Assembly: GCA_964560995.1 (NCBI GenBank)
Contig: CAZLNI010000001.1
Coordinates: 1-30,583, forward strand
Origin: an uncultured Muribaculaceae bacterium
GTDB taxonomy: Bacteria > Bacillota_I > Bacilli_A > RF39 > UBA660
Direction of reading: 5' to 3'
Length of the DNA stretch: 30,583 nucleotides
The notes beneath the pieces are model-generated. The model had not been told where the DNA came from and made no database searches. It saw only the letters and a program-made list of their open reading frames with translations. Below, in pieces: positions 15,909 through 25,199 of the stretch. Both the position numbers and the translations under genes were made by a program. Every line of letters begins with the position of its first letter. Positions within the stretch are counted from its first letter, which is position 1.

Positions 15909-16346
15909 CTACTTATGATATGTTTCGTTATTATTTATTTTAAATGCGCGGTAAATCTGTTCGAGTAAAACTCCTCTAAATAGACCATGGGGCATCGTAA
16001 GGTCAGAGAAAGATATCTTTTCATTTGCCCGAATTTTCACACTTTCATCTACTCCTTCGGAACTTCCAATGACGAAATCTATCGTACCAGATTTTTGAAA
16101 AGCTTCATCGATATCGTGAGCAAAATCAACACTGTTGAGCTTCCGACCTTTTATATCGCAAAGTATACAGTAATCGCGAGAATTTATATTTTTAAGAATA
16201 TTTAGAGCTTCTTTTTTGAGGTCATTTTCGTCTTTTAGTTCGATTATTTCTATCTTATGATACTTGCTTATTCTTTCTTTATAATCTTCGATTAACTTAG
16301 CAAGATAGTCTTCTTTTATTTTTCCTAAGCATATTATTTTTAGCAT
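15909..16346 (-). CDS. rlmH: 23S rRNA pseudouridine1915 N3-methyltransferase RlmH
   Basis: SPOUT pattern FVIGSSEG, SFSDLTMPH, LLEQIYRAFKI..ETYHK. Confidence 0.95.
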   Translation of the reverse strand: MLKIICLGKIKEDYLAKLIEDYKERISKYHKIEIIELKDENDLKKEALNILKNINSRDYCILCDIKGRKLNSVDFAHDIDEAFQKSGTIDFVIGSSEGVDESVKIRANEKISFSDLTMPHGLFRGVLLEQIYRAFKINNNETYHK

Positions 16347-16360
16347 GAGAGGCTCCTATT

Positions 16361-17125
16361 TTATATTTTTATTTCTTTTGTCTTTTCTCTTTGTTTAGCA
16401 ACTTCGATATCATCAAAGTCGATTTCATATTCGGCAAGCGTCTTGCGGACGGTTCTCAATGCTTCCTCTTCTGTATTATTCGTTTCACTCAAATGGGCTA
16501 AATAAACTTTTTTGGTATCTGGTCCTATAAGTTTTGAGAGGTAAAAACCTGCTGCGTTATTCGAAAGGTGACCGACATCGCTCAGTATTCTACTCTTCGT
16601 CTCTTTAGGATATGGACCATTGATGAGCATTTCGACATCGTGATTTGCTTCTATTATATAGACATTTTTATTCTTAAGTTTTTCAAAATATCTTTGATTT
16701 AAGTAACCCGTATCCGTCATGTAGACAACCGAGGATTCCACATCTTCGATTAAATATCCACGCGGATCAGTAGAGTCATGACTAGTTTTAAATGGCTCTA
16801 TCTTTGTTTGACCATATTCCACGGAACCTTCAGTAACGAGAAGGTTTCCATAGTCTTTTAGAAAGTCCAAATCTTCTAGCATCCCTTCAGTTAAAACTAT
16901 CTGAGGCGTATATTTTTTAGTAAACACTTTTAATGCCACTGTATGGTCTCCATGTGTATGAGTCATGACGATGGCGTCTATTTCTTCTGGTTGGACTCCC
17001 AGCTCATTTAAACGCTCCGTAATATACTTCGTGTTCATACCCACGTCGATTAGAAGTTTAATGTCGTTTGTTTCCACGTAGGTGCAGTTACCTTTCGACC
17101 CAGAGGCAAGAATGCTGACTAACAT
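16361..17125 (-). CDS. walJ: Metallo-beta-lactamase-fold hydrolase, WalJ/YycJ/VicX family
   Basis: SILASGSKGN, THTHGDH, SHDS, TDTGY, EANHD, GHLSN, LAHLSETNN; position upstream of rlmH. Confidence 0.9.
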   Translation of the reverse strand: MLVSILASGSKGNCTYVETNDIKLLIDVGMNTKYITERLNELGVQPEEIDAIVMTHTHGDHTVALKVFTKKYTPQIVLTEGMLEDLDFLKDYGNLLVTEGSVEYGQTKIEPFKTSHDSTDPRGYLIEDVESSVVYMTDTGYLNQRYFEKLKNKNVYIIEANHDVEMLINGPYPKETKSRILSDVGHLSNNAAGFYLSKLIGPDTKKVYLAHLSETNNTEEEALRTVRKTLAEYEIDFDDIEVAKQREKTKEIKI

Positions 17126-18618
17126 GCGAATGCCGCCCTGCAGGGATTAAGTTTTTGACCACTTGCATCGCGTATTTCGAAGTGGAGATGCGTTCCCGTC
17201 GAGCTTCCACTGCTACCCATGTGACCTATTAAGGTTCCTTTTGCTACTTGTTGTCCAACCGATACTCTTATCGTATTTTTCATATGAGCATAGTAGATTA
17301 TGAGACCGGTAGATGTCTGTACTTCTACGTAGTTACCGTAACTTCCTCCACAGGATGAGCCATAATACCCTATGTCGGCACATCCGTTGAAAGTCCTTAT
17401 GACTGTTCCTTCTGTCGAAGAGTAGACTGGTGAGCCAAATCCACTACCAGAAATATCTATTCCGCCGTGGAATGTTCCCCAACGATAACCGAAGGTACTA
17501 GTGATGACATATGGACTAATCGTTGGCCAGCCCCAGTCGGTAGAAGAAGCTGCTGGTGGAACGTTGTTAAAATTATAGTTTGGCAATGTACCTTGAACGA
17601 CAATCTTACTTATCGGTGTAGATATCTCTGTCGTAGCAGTAACTTGCAAAGATTTTATTTCACCGTTTTTATAGGTGACTTTTTCAGTTACGCGGCTTTT
17701 TCCTTTGACACCCTCTTGTTTGACTCTACTCTGTCCAATATACATAGCGTTGTTTTTTTCTATGACTGTATCGTATGCCGTGTCGACGACTTCAATAACT
17801 TCCGATAGTTCGACGACTGTAAATAATGGAGCGATAAGTCCAACGGACAGTTTTTGACCTGGGCTTAGAAGAGAATTTACACTCGTCAATTCGGGATTGG
17901 CGATTAGTAACTCTTCATTACTAAGCTTATTTTCGTAAGCAACTGTTTCTATCGTATCGCCTTCTTTGACGATATATTCAGCTTGTGGCTCTAAAGTGCC
18001 GAAGAGAAGATATTTCGTTAAGTCACTTTTGTTCGTTATAATGTCGGCATCGACCGGCAGATAAGACTCTTTAATAGTTATTTTTTCTTCAAAGTAAATA
18101 CTCTCAATCGTTTTACCAGTGTCAGTCACTTCTAGTTGCTTGTCTTTAATATATGCATCGAGGTTCTCTGATTTTATGAAGGTGCTTATCGCATCCATAA
18201 GTGCTGGTTCTAAGTCTTCTTTGTTTAGTATATTAATATAAATCGGATCGCCATCTTCTTTTTTGATGGTAACCGTATAGCCTTTGATAGTAAAAGTGCT
18301 TTTTTCAGCAATTAAATTATATACATCTTGAGGAGTTTTAAATTTTGAGTTGTATGTCGTATATTCTATTGCTTCTAATCCTTGAGGCGGATAGACTTTG
18401 TCGACACCAAATTCGGATTTTATGGCTTCTTGCTCTTTATCAATCATATTATATAGAGCGTCGCGGTCATCAAGCAAACCTACTTTTTTACCATCTAAAT
18501 AAACCATAAAAACTTTTTTTGCTGAACGCGTGTCTTGGGAACCGAATCCGATTAACACGATAAAAATAGCAGAAACAACGATTATAAGAATACCCCATAT
18601 GTTTATTTTATTAGACAT
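17119..18618 (-). CDS. Membrane-anchored LysM-G5-M23 peptidoglycan endopeptidase
   Basis: N-terminal TM; LysM YIVKEGDTIETVA..NP; G5 VKQEGVKG; M23 HGGID, YAHM, TGTHLHFE; AAGGAGG SD inside the dnaB end supports ATG 18618. Confidence 0.9.
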   Translation of the reverse strand: MSNKINIWGILIIVVSAIFIVLIGFGSQDTRSAKKVFMVYLDGKKVGLLDDRDALYNMIDKEQEAIKSEFGVDKVYPPQGLEAIEYTTYNSKFKTPQDVYNLIAEKSTFTIKGYTVTIKKEDGDPIYINILNKEDLEPALMDAISTFIKSENLDAYIKDKQLEVTDTGKTIESIYFEEKITIKESYLPVDADIITNKSDLTKYLLFGTLEPQAEYIVKEGDTIETVAYENKLSNEELLIANPELTSVNSLLSPGQKLSVGLIAPLFTVVELSEVIEVVDTAYDTVIEKNNAMYIGQSRVKQEGVKGKSRVTEKVTYKNGEIKSLQVTATTEISTPISKIVVQGTLPNYNFNNVPPAASSTDWGWPTISPYVITSTFGYRWGTFHGGIDISGSGFGSPVYSSTEGTVIRTFNGCADIGYYGSSCGGSYGNYVEVQTSTGLIIYYAHMKNTIRVSVGQQVAKGTLIGHMGSSGSSTGTHLHFEIRDASGQKLNPCRAAFAC

Positions 18619-18619
18619 A

Positions 18620-19981
18620 TTAGTTTGCCTCCTTAGTATTATCTCTTGATTCGACATAGTCTACGAAGTTACTGAAGTTCTTTTCGAATAAAAGTTTTAC
18701 GGTGTCTGTGTTACCACTACGATGTTTGCCGACGATGAATTCTGTAATAGATGTCGAGCTACTCAAATCGTATTTGTTAGGGTTATAGTAGTCGTCTCGG
18801 TAGAGGAAAGCGACAATATCGGCATCCTGCTCTATCGAGCCGGATTCACGAAGGTCACTCATGATTGGACGTTTATCTTCACGAAGTTCTACTCCTCGCG
18901 ATAGCTGGGCTGCAGCGATGACGGGAACGTGTAACTCTATAGCCATCGTCTTTAGAGAACGGGATATTTCTGAAACTTCTTGTTGCCGGTTACCGGCGTA
19001 TCTAGAACCACCTTGTATTAGCTGTAGGTAGTCGATGATAACGAGCGCTAAACCCTGTTCAGAGTTGGCTAATCTTCTACATTTGGCTCTAATATCACCG
19101 ACTGTGATACCAGATACATCTTCGATATAAAGATTCGTCTCTCCCAATTCGCTCATTGCCTCATTGACGTGTTGCCAGTCTTGGTCGTCGAGTTGACCCG
19201 TTTTAATCTTCTTTAAATCTATTCCTCCGACTGAACCGATCATACGTTCCGCCAACTGTTCTGCACCCATCTCTAAGTTGAATATTGCAACTGCTTTAGG
19301 CGTAGATAGGGCAGCATTTATAGCTAAGTTTAAGACAAACGCGGTCTTTCCCATCGCAGGACGGGCAGCGATGATGATAAGTTCGTTTTCGTGTAAGCCA
19401 CTCGTCAACAAATCGAGCTGTGTAAATCCTGTCGGTAAGCCTGTTATGGCTGAACCGTTTTTAGCTAAATATTCGAGCCTCTTTTGGGTGCTACGCAATA
19501 CTTCGCTTATGGACTTAAATTCCCCTGCTTTTCTTTCTTTAGTAACTGAGAAAATCTTCTGCTCGGCATTGTCGACTACTTCGTTCGTATCGGTCGTCTC
19601 TTCATAAGCTGAAGTCGTGATTTCTGTAGAAACGTCGATTAATCTTCGACGCAAGTATTTTTCTTGAACGATATTTATATAATAATCGAGGTTAGCAGCA
19701 CTTACTATCGAATCGACGACTTCGCCTAGATAATCGAGTCCTCCTATAAGCGCTAGAGTGTTGTTTTTCTCTAACTCGTTAGTGAGGGTCATCATGTCAA
19801 TTGGACGTTTATTGTCGTGTAAGTTGAAAATTGCTTCAAAGATTTTTTTATTCGCGTCACTAAAGAACATGTCGGCAGTCAGCTCTTCTGAAACTTTATC
19901 GGCTGCACTTGGAGTTAATAGGCAGGCACTTAAAACTGCCATCTCAGCCTCCAAGTTTTGTGGTATTTTTCTGGTTGCCAT
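18620..19981 (-). CDS. dnaB: Replicative DNA helicase (DnaB; DnaC in Bacillus nomenclature)
   Basis: PQNLEAEMAVL, AARPAMGKT, IDYLQL, SDLRESGSIEQDAD, KHRSG. Confidence 0.99.
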   Translation of the reverse strand: MATRKIPQNLEAEMAVLSACLLTPSAADKVSEELTADMFFSDANKKIFEAIFNLHDNKRPIDMMTLTNELEKNNTLALIGGLDYLGEVVDSIVSAANLDYYINIVQEKYLRRRLIDVSTEITTSAYEETTDTNEVVDNAEQKIFSVTKERKAGEFKSISEVLRSTQKRLEYLAKNGSAITGLPTGFTQLDLLTSGLHENELIIIAARPAMGKTAFVLNLAINAALSTPKAVAIFNLEMGAEQLAERMIGSVGGIDLKKIKTGQLDDQDWQHVNEAMSELGETNLYIEDVSGITVGDIRAKCRRLANSEQGLALVIIDYLQLIQGGSRYAGNRQQEVSEISRSLKTMAIELHVPVIAAAQLSRGVELREDKRPIMSDLRESGSIEQDADIVAFLYRDDYYNPNKYDLSSSTSITEFIVGKHRSGNTDTVKLLFEKNFSNFVDYVESRDNTKEAN

Positions 19982-19995
19982 TTATAATCACTTCC

Positions 19996-20433
19996 TTAGC
20001 ATATATGTACTCTAATTGTAGCACTAACCTTTTTATGAAGATTTATTTTTATGTTATAGACTCCTAAAGTATCAATTTTGGTTGCCATATCTATCTGTTT
20101 TTTGTCGATGTTGTAGCCTTTTTTCTTCAATTCTTCGCTCAACTGCTTAGTAGAGACTGTTCCGAAAAGTTTACCATCCGAACCAGACTTGAAGGTGAAG
20201 CTAAAATCGTCTTTTTCCAGTTTCTCTTTCATTTTTTTGCATTCTTCGATTAATGCTTTTTCATCTTGAGCTCTTTTGTCTAGAGTACTTTCTAATATTC
20301 CTTTGCTAGTTTTAGTATATGGTACTGCCAGTTTATTTTTGATTAAGAAGTTAGTAGCGTATCCATCTGATACGTCGATTACTTCGTCTTTTTTTCCCTG
20401 TTTTTTTACGTCTTGTAATAATATAACTTTCAT
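19996..20433 (-). CDS. rplI: 50S ribosomal protein L9
   Basis: MKVILLQDVKKQGKK..VSDGYATNFL, GKLFGTVST. Confidence 0.98.
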   Translation of the reverse strand: MKVILLQDVKKQGKKDEVIDVSDGYATNFLIKNKLAVPYTKTSKGILESTLDKRAQDEKALIEECKKMKEKLEKDDFSFTFKSGSDGKLFGTVSTKQLSEELKKKGYNIDKKQIDMATKIDTLGVYNIKINLHKKVSATIRVHIC

Positions 20434-20462
20434 GTTTTCACCAGTCTTTCTTCGTCTTAAGT

Positions 20463-20491
20463 ATTATATCAAAGACGAGGAAAAAAATAAA
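20463..20491 (-). promoter_or_regulatory. Putative sigma-A promoter of rplI-dnaB-M23-walJ-rlmH-ung
   Basis: TTTATT-17 nt-TATAAT with extended -10 TG. Confidence 0.6.
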
Positions 20492-20560
20492 CCTTTTGTA
20501 TTTACTCTAAGAGGATTATATTAGCCTACTCGTTTATATTTTTTTATTTTTTTACAAAAT

Positions 20561-20578
20561 AAAAAAGGCATAAGCCTT
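20561..20578 (-). terminator. Intrinsic terminator after rpsR
   Basis: AAGGC-TTAT-GCCTT followed by a T run. Confidence 0.65.
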
Positions 20579-20792
20579 ATTTTACGAATGGTATTAGAGC
20601 CATGAAACGAGCTCTTTTGATTTGTTCAGCAATATATCTTTGATGTTTTGCACATGCTCCAGTTTGGCGTCTAGGCATTATTTTCCCTTTTTCATTAATA
20701 TATTTAGAAACGATCATAACATCTTTATAATCGACACCTTTTCCTGCACACATTTGACAAATCTTTTTCTTTTTACGATAAAATTCTGCCAT
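20577..20792 (-). CDS. rpsR: 30S ribosomal protein S18 (zinc-binding C+ type)
   Basis: CQMC, DYKD, GKIMPRRQTGACAKHQR, IKRARFMALIPF. Confidence 0.98.
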   Translation of the reverse strand: MAEFYRKKKKICQMCAGKGVDYKDVMIVSKYINEKGKIMPRRQTGACAKHQRYIAEQIKRARFMALIPFVK

Positions 20793-20812
20793 GTCTGTTT
20801 TCTCCCTTCTTC

Positions 20813-21322
20813 TTAGAATGGTAGGTCATCATCACTTAGTACAACTTCATCGCCAAAGTCTTTGAACGGATCTTCGCTTACGTCTGTCGTGCTATCTGTA
20901 GTCATCTCTTCTCCAGTTGGGAATGGTACATCATCAGTTGGCACATCCATTGGAGCGCTGTCCATACTTGGTTCGCTTGGAGTGAATGTACTTCCTCCAC
21001 CAGCTGAACTTCTGCTTCCTAAGAAAGTTACATTATCTGCGATAACTTCTGTAACATATCTTCTAGTTCCATCTTGAGCATCATAGCTACGAGATTGGAT
21101 TCTTCCTTCTATACCGACAAGTGAGCCCTTTGTACAAAACTTTGAAACGTTCTCTGCTTGTCTTCTCCACACAACTACATTGATAAAATCTGCTACGCGT
21201 TCACCATTGGCGTTAGGTATTCTATTGACTGCAACGGTTATACGAGTTGTCGCTATTCCATTTGGAGTAGTTCTAAGCTCTGGATCCGCTGTTAATCTTC
21301 CTACTAAAATTGTTCTATTCAT
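20813..21322 (-). CDS. ssb: Single-stranded DNA-binding protein
   Basis: MNRTILVGRLTADPELR, VGIEGRIQSRSY, C-terminal DDDLPF. Confidence 0.99.
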   Translation of the reverse strand: MNRTILVGRLTADPELRTTPNGIATTRITVAVNRIPNANGERVADFINVVVWRRQAENVSKFCTKGSLVGIEGRIQSRSYDAQDGTRRYVTEVIADNVTFLGSRSSAGGGSTFTPSEPSMDSAPMDVPTDDVPFPTGEEMTTDSTTDVSEDPFKDFGDEVVLSDDDLPF

Positions 21323-21331
21323 AATAAACTC

Positions 21332-21622
21332 CTACTCTTCGTCTAATCTAATTATCATATGTCTTAAAATGTTTTCATCTAATCCTAAGCGGCGATCTAA
21401 CTCTTTAATAGTAGCAGTTGTCGCATTAAAGTTGATGACATAATAGAAACCGTTAATTTGCTTTTTAATTGCGTAGGCAAGCTTCTTTTGACCTAAGTCT
21501 TTAAAACCTGTTACTTCGCCTTTTTCATCAGTAATAATCTTTTTATAATTATTAGCCAAGTTCGTTGCTGCATCTGTTTCCATTGTAGTTTTAACGATGA
21601 ACATCAATTCATACTTATTCAT
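21332..21622 (-). CDS. rpsF: 30S ribosomal protein S6
   Basis: MNKYELMFI, LGQKKLAYAIKK..GFY, ILRHMII. Confidence 0.98.
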   Translation of the reverse strand: MNKYELMFIVKTTMETDAATNLANNYKKIITDEKGEVTGFKDLGQKKLAYAIKKQINGFYYVINFNATTATIKELDRRLGLDENILRHMIIRLDEE

Positions 21623-21627
21623 AACTA

Positions 21628-21676
21628 CACCTCCTTTTGGTCTAAACGGCTTTAGGTCAAGCCTAAAGCAAAGAGA
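21628..21676 (-). ncRNA. S6:S18 leader RNA
   Basis: CTCTTTG-[CTTTAGG-CTTGA-CCTAAAG]-CCG-TTTAGACCAAAAGGAGG: hairpin, CCG motif and SD-pairing arm as in Firmicute rpsF leaders. Confidence 0.85.
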
Positions 21677-21693
21677 TTTTGCATCTCGATGGT

Positions 21694-21723
21694 ATTATAG
21701 CAAATTGTCTCTAAGTTTGTCAA
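21694..21723 (-). promoter_or_regulatory. sigma-A promoter of rpsF-ssb-rpsR
   Basis: TTGACA-18 nt-TATAAT with extended -10 TG. Confidence 0.8.
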
Positions 21724-21772
21724 ACCTATTGTGGCTAATTTTAATTAAAAAAATGAGTCGCTTGACGACTCA

Positions 21773-23308
21773 TTATAAAACAGCTTTCGTACCTATGCCA
21801 AATGGTAGACCGATGACATATAAAACGATTAACAAAGTTATCCAAACTAATGCGACTATACCAGAATAAGGTAAGATAGATTTTATCGAATCTATTAAGC
21901 TCGTCGGTTTATCGTTTTCACTATTCTTATCCAATATAGCTATATAAACTGCAAAGTATGCCATTATAGGAGTCAATCCATAAGTTATACATTGCCCTGC
22001 CCTAAAGACGAGTTGAGCAAATTCGGCTGTCATGCCTGCGTTCATAAATATCGGTACCATGACACCGCTTAAAATCGACCAGCAGGTTACAGGCGATGGC
22101 AAGAATAAAGTGGCGATGGCTGAAGCAACAAAGCCTACTACGATGAGTGGGATTCCAGACATGTTACTCATAGTGATGACGTCTCCTATATACGCCACGA
22201 CTATTGTACCTATATTAGTTGCCTTAAAAATCGAAATGAAAGTTGAGGCAAAGAATATGATGACTAGCGATTTACCGATGTTGTCTAGTGAGTGACCTAA
22301 GAATGTGCTTACATCTTGATTGTTTTTAATAGTTCCCGCGCCGATTCCATAGAATAGACCGCATAAGAAGAAGAAAAGCGTTACTACAAAGACGAAACCT
22401 TGGTTGAAAAACGAGTTATAACCGAACAGTTTGTCTATATAAAGTTCTTGGCTATAGTCTAATAGATTACCAGAAAAAGGTAGCCCAGGTATGATATTAT
22501 AGACAAAAATCAAGATGTATATAACTCCGACGATGAGACTTAATGCTAGGCCTCTCTTTTTCTTTTTATCTAAGTAGAATTCTTCTTCCTCTTCGGGTAC
22601 TTCGTATTTGCCCATCTTAGGTATTATGATTTTCTCTGTAACTAGTGTGATTATTACGGCAAAGAGGATGGTCATTAGAATCATAATGAAAAGATACGCA
22701 AAGTTATTTATGGTGTAAGTAACATCTAACGATATTGCAGCTGTTTTCGTATATCCTAACAAAGCCGCATCGATGGAACTCATGAATATGTTAATTCCTG
22801 TTCCACAAGCAAGGCTAGCAAAAGCCATTATTATTCCCGCTTTAGGGTTTCGTTTGCCGTATTTAAAGCAACGCGCACATATCGGCAAGAAGATGATAAA
22901 ACTTAAATCTCCCATTATGCTCGATAAAATCATGATAAGGGAAAGAATAAATGTGACTTTAAACTTACTCGCCTTTTTAGTTAATAAGGTAAAAAAGGCT
23001 TCGAAGAATCCGCTTTTATCCATTATTCCGATTCCGATTAAGACAATTATGATGTTTATCAATGGAGCAAAGCTTGCAAAGTTAGATACTGTCGTTCGGA
23101 AAATCATCTTGATTCCAGAAAGATTCAAAAGAGAATTTACTATTACAGTAGTTGTATCTAAATCTCCTCTTATCGTATTGATGGTATTATAATTTGCCGA
23201 GACTCCAAAACGGCCCATGATACCGCTTAACAGAATAGTGCCTAGTATGAGTATTACAAACGCCATAATAGGGTGTAAGACAGTACGCTCTTTTTTCTTT
23301 TTAATCAT
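21773..23308 (-). CDS. abgT: AbgT-family transporter
   Basis: HPIMAFVIL, V.SLLNLSG, NFASFAPL, MPKMGKY, GLTPIMAYF, SILPYS, GLPFGIG; many TM helices. Confidence 0.85.
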   Translation of the reverse strand: MIKKKKERTVLHPIMAFVILILGTILLSGIMGRFGVSANYNTINTIRGDLDTTTVIVNSLLNLSGIKMIFRTTVSNFASFAPLINIIIVLIGIGIMDKSGFFEAFFTLLTKKASKFKVTFILSLIMILSSIMGDLSFIIFLPICARCFKYGKRNPKAGIIMAFASLACGTGINIFMSSIDAALLGYTKTAAISLDVTYTINNFAYLFIMILMTILFAVIITLVTEKIIIPKMGKYEVPEEEEEFYLDKKKKRGLALSLIVGVIYILIFVYNIIPGLPFSGNLLDYSQELYIDKLFGYNSFFNQGFVFVVTLFFFLCGLFYGIGAGTIKNNQDVSTFLGHSLDNIGKSLVIIFFASTFISIFKATNIGTIVVAYIGDVITMSNMSGIPLIVVGFVASAIATLFLPSPVTCWSILSGVMVPIFMNAGMTAEFAQLVFRAGQCITYGLTPIMAYFAVYIAILDKNSENDKPTSLIDSIKSILPYSGIVALVWITLLIVLYVIGLPFGIGTKAVL

Positions 23309-23495
23309 TTGGCTTGTCCACCTTCTTTTTAATTTTTTTGTTAAATTCTAGTCTGTCCATCATTATTTCGTGGTTGCACTTCGTACACTTTAATTTGAGA
23401 TCGACTCCTAGTCTCGTAATGGTCCACGTCTTCGAGCCGCAGGCGTGCGGTTTTTTCATTTCGACGACATCGCCTAAAATTATATCAGTTTTCAT
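23301..23495 (-). CDS. DUF951 family protein (YyzM-like)
   Basis: GDVVEMKKPHACGSKTWTITRLGVDLKLKCTKCNHEIMM. Confidence 0.92.
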   Translation of the reverse strand: MKTDIILGDVVEMKKPHACGSKTWTITRLGVDLKLKCTKCNHEIMMDRLEFNKKIKKKVDKPND

Positions 23496-24291
23496 GGTGA
23501 ACCTCAATCTCTAATTGATTATATGGTATTTTTATTTTATTCTTGTCGTATTTTTGTTTTATCATTTTAAGTATTTCGCGTCTATAACCCCAAATTTTCC
23601 CAGGGCTGCAGTATATTCTTATCCCGTATTCGATACATGAATCTTTGAAGTCGTCGATGCCAATATAAGTTGTGTCACTTTTCATTGTATCCCAATTCTT
23701 GATTTCGTCGACAATTTCGCCAAGTATTTTTTCAACTTTAGCAATAGGCGCATCATATGATGTCGGAACTTTGATTAAAGTGGAAGCTATCTTTTGAGAA
23801 AGATTCGTAATTTCTGTTATGTTGCGATTCGCTATGATGAGTACTTCGCCATCAAAGTTCATTATCTTCGTGGAACGAAGCCCGAATTCAATTATTTGTC
23901 CGTTGAAGCCATTATATTTTACGTAGTCCCCGACGACAAAGTAATTATCCATGATGATAGAAGCACCGCTTATGATGTCTTTTAGGGTGTCTTGAAGAGC
24001 GAGTGCTCCTACAGCTGAAGCGATTCCTAGACTTGCGATAAGCGAACTGACGTTCATGCCGAATAAGTCCAATATTATTATGAGGGTTACCGCAATAAGT
24101 AGCCATTTAACGATATTTTTAAGGAGTTCGGCAACAGTGCGCTTTCTCTTTTTATCGTATTCGCTTTTATTTTTTGACAATAGTTTTTCGATGACAAAGC
24201 GGATTATATTATATAGAAGATATGAAACAGCTATGGCTACTATCGTGCCGATTACTTCTTTTTTTAACAAAAATTCTAGCACTTTGTCCAT
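23485..24291 (-). CDS. mscS: Small-conductance mechanosensitive channel (MscS family)
   Basis: Three TM segments then GALALQDTLKDIISG, FVVGDYV, FGLRST, IPYNQ. Confidence 0.9.
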   Translation of the reverse strand: MDKVLEFLLKKEVIGTIVAIAVSYLLYNIIRFVIEKLLSKNKSEYDKKRKRTVAELLKNIVKWLLIAVTLIIILDLFGMNVSSLIASLGIASAVGALALQDTLKDIISGASIIMDNYFVVGDYVKYNGFNGQIIEFGLRSTKIMNFDGEVLIIANRNITEITNLSQKIASTLIKVPTSYDAPIAKVEKILGEIVDEIKNWDTMKSDTTYIGIDDFKDSCIEYGIRIYCSPGKIWGYRREILKMIKQKYDKNKIKIPYNQLEIEVHHEN

Positions 24292-24293
24292 AA

Positions 24294-25199
24294 TTATTCA
24301 CCATCCACGTCGATGTTCAGTGTTTCTAGGATGCGGGCGAGGTCTTCATCGGAATCAAAAGGAATTGTAACTTTTTTGGCTGATATGGTTACCTTTGTTC
24401 CAATTTTCTCACTCATAGCATTTTCGTAGATAGAGTATATCCTATTTAATGGGACAACGCGAGTTATTCTATGTTTTTTTCTTATATCTTCGCCTTTAGA
24501 AATCGTCTCTAATTCGCGAACACTCATCCCTGTGTTTACTATGCGGTAAGCGAGTGATAAGACATAGTCTGGGTCTTCCATTTTGCTTAGTATTTTAGCA
24601 TGAGCCATACTTATTTGACCTTTAGATACTAAAGATTTGACTTCGTCTGGTAAGTTTACTAATCCAAGAACATTCGTTATATAGCTTCTGCTTTTTGATA
24701 CTTTTTTAGCCAGTTGTTCTTGCGTAAGCGACGATTTTTTGATGATGTTATCATACGCTTCTGCTTCTTCGATAGGGTTCAAGTCCTCTCTTTGGATGTT
24801 CTCTAGAAGTGCAACTTCCATCATCTCTTCGTCGGTATAATCTTTTATTATGGCAGGGATTTCCGTGTATCCAGCTAATTTGGCAGCTTTAGTACGTCTC
24901 TCTCCGGCAACTAGTTCGTAACCTTTGATGCTTTTCTTGACGATAATCGGTTGGAAAAGTCCGTGTTCCTTGATGGATTCGGATAGTTCTAATAGTTTAT
25001 CCTCGTCAAAAACACGCCGAGGTTGAAAGGGATTGCTCCTTATTTCAGAAATCGGAATAGCTTTGATATCCTTATCTGTTGCTTCCGCTATGATTCCATT
25101 TTCTATTTCTTCGAAGCTGCTTGCGCCTTCGAAGTTGATGTTTTCGTTGTTGAAAAGCTGTTCAAGTCCTGTTCCTAGTGCTTTTCTTTTAGTTTCCAT
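24294..25199 (-). CDS. parB: Chromosome partitioning protein ParB/Spo0J
   Basis: ALGTGLEQL, NPFQPR, GLFQPIIV, LVAGERR, ENIQREDLNPIEEA, HTH SRSYITN. Confidence 0.97.
   Translation of the reverse strand: METKRKALGTGLEQLFNNENINFEGASSFEEIENGIIAEATDKDIKAIPISEIRSNPFQPRRVFDEDKLLELSESIKEHGLFQPIIVKKSIKGYELVAGERRTKAAKLAGYTEIPAIIKDYTDEEMMEVALLENIQREDLNPIEEAEAYDNIIKKSSLTQEQLAKKVSKSRSYITNVLGLVNLPDEVKSLVSKGQISMAHAKILSKMEDPDYVLSLAYRIVNTGMSVRELETISKGEDIRKKHRITRVVPLNRIYSIYENAMSEKIGTKVTISAKKVTIPFDSDEDLARILETLNIDVDGE

Noticed and set aside
15902-15930. SCC-type element integrated at the rlmH 3' end
   Set aside because: ung starts 7 nt after the rlmH stop; no recombinase or inserted DNA.
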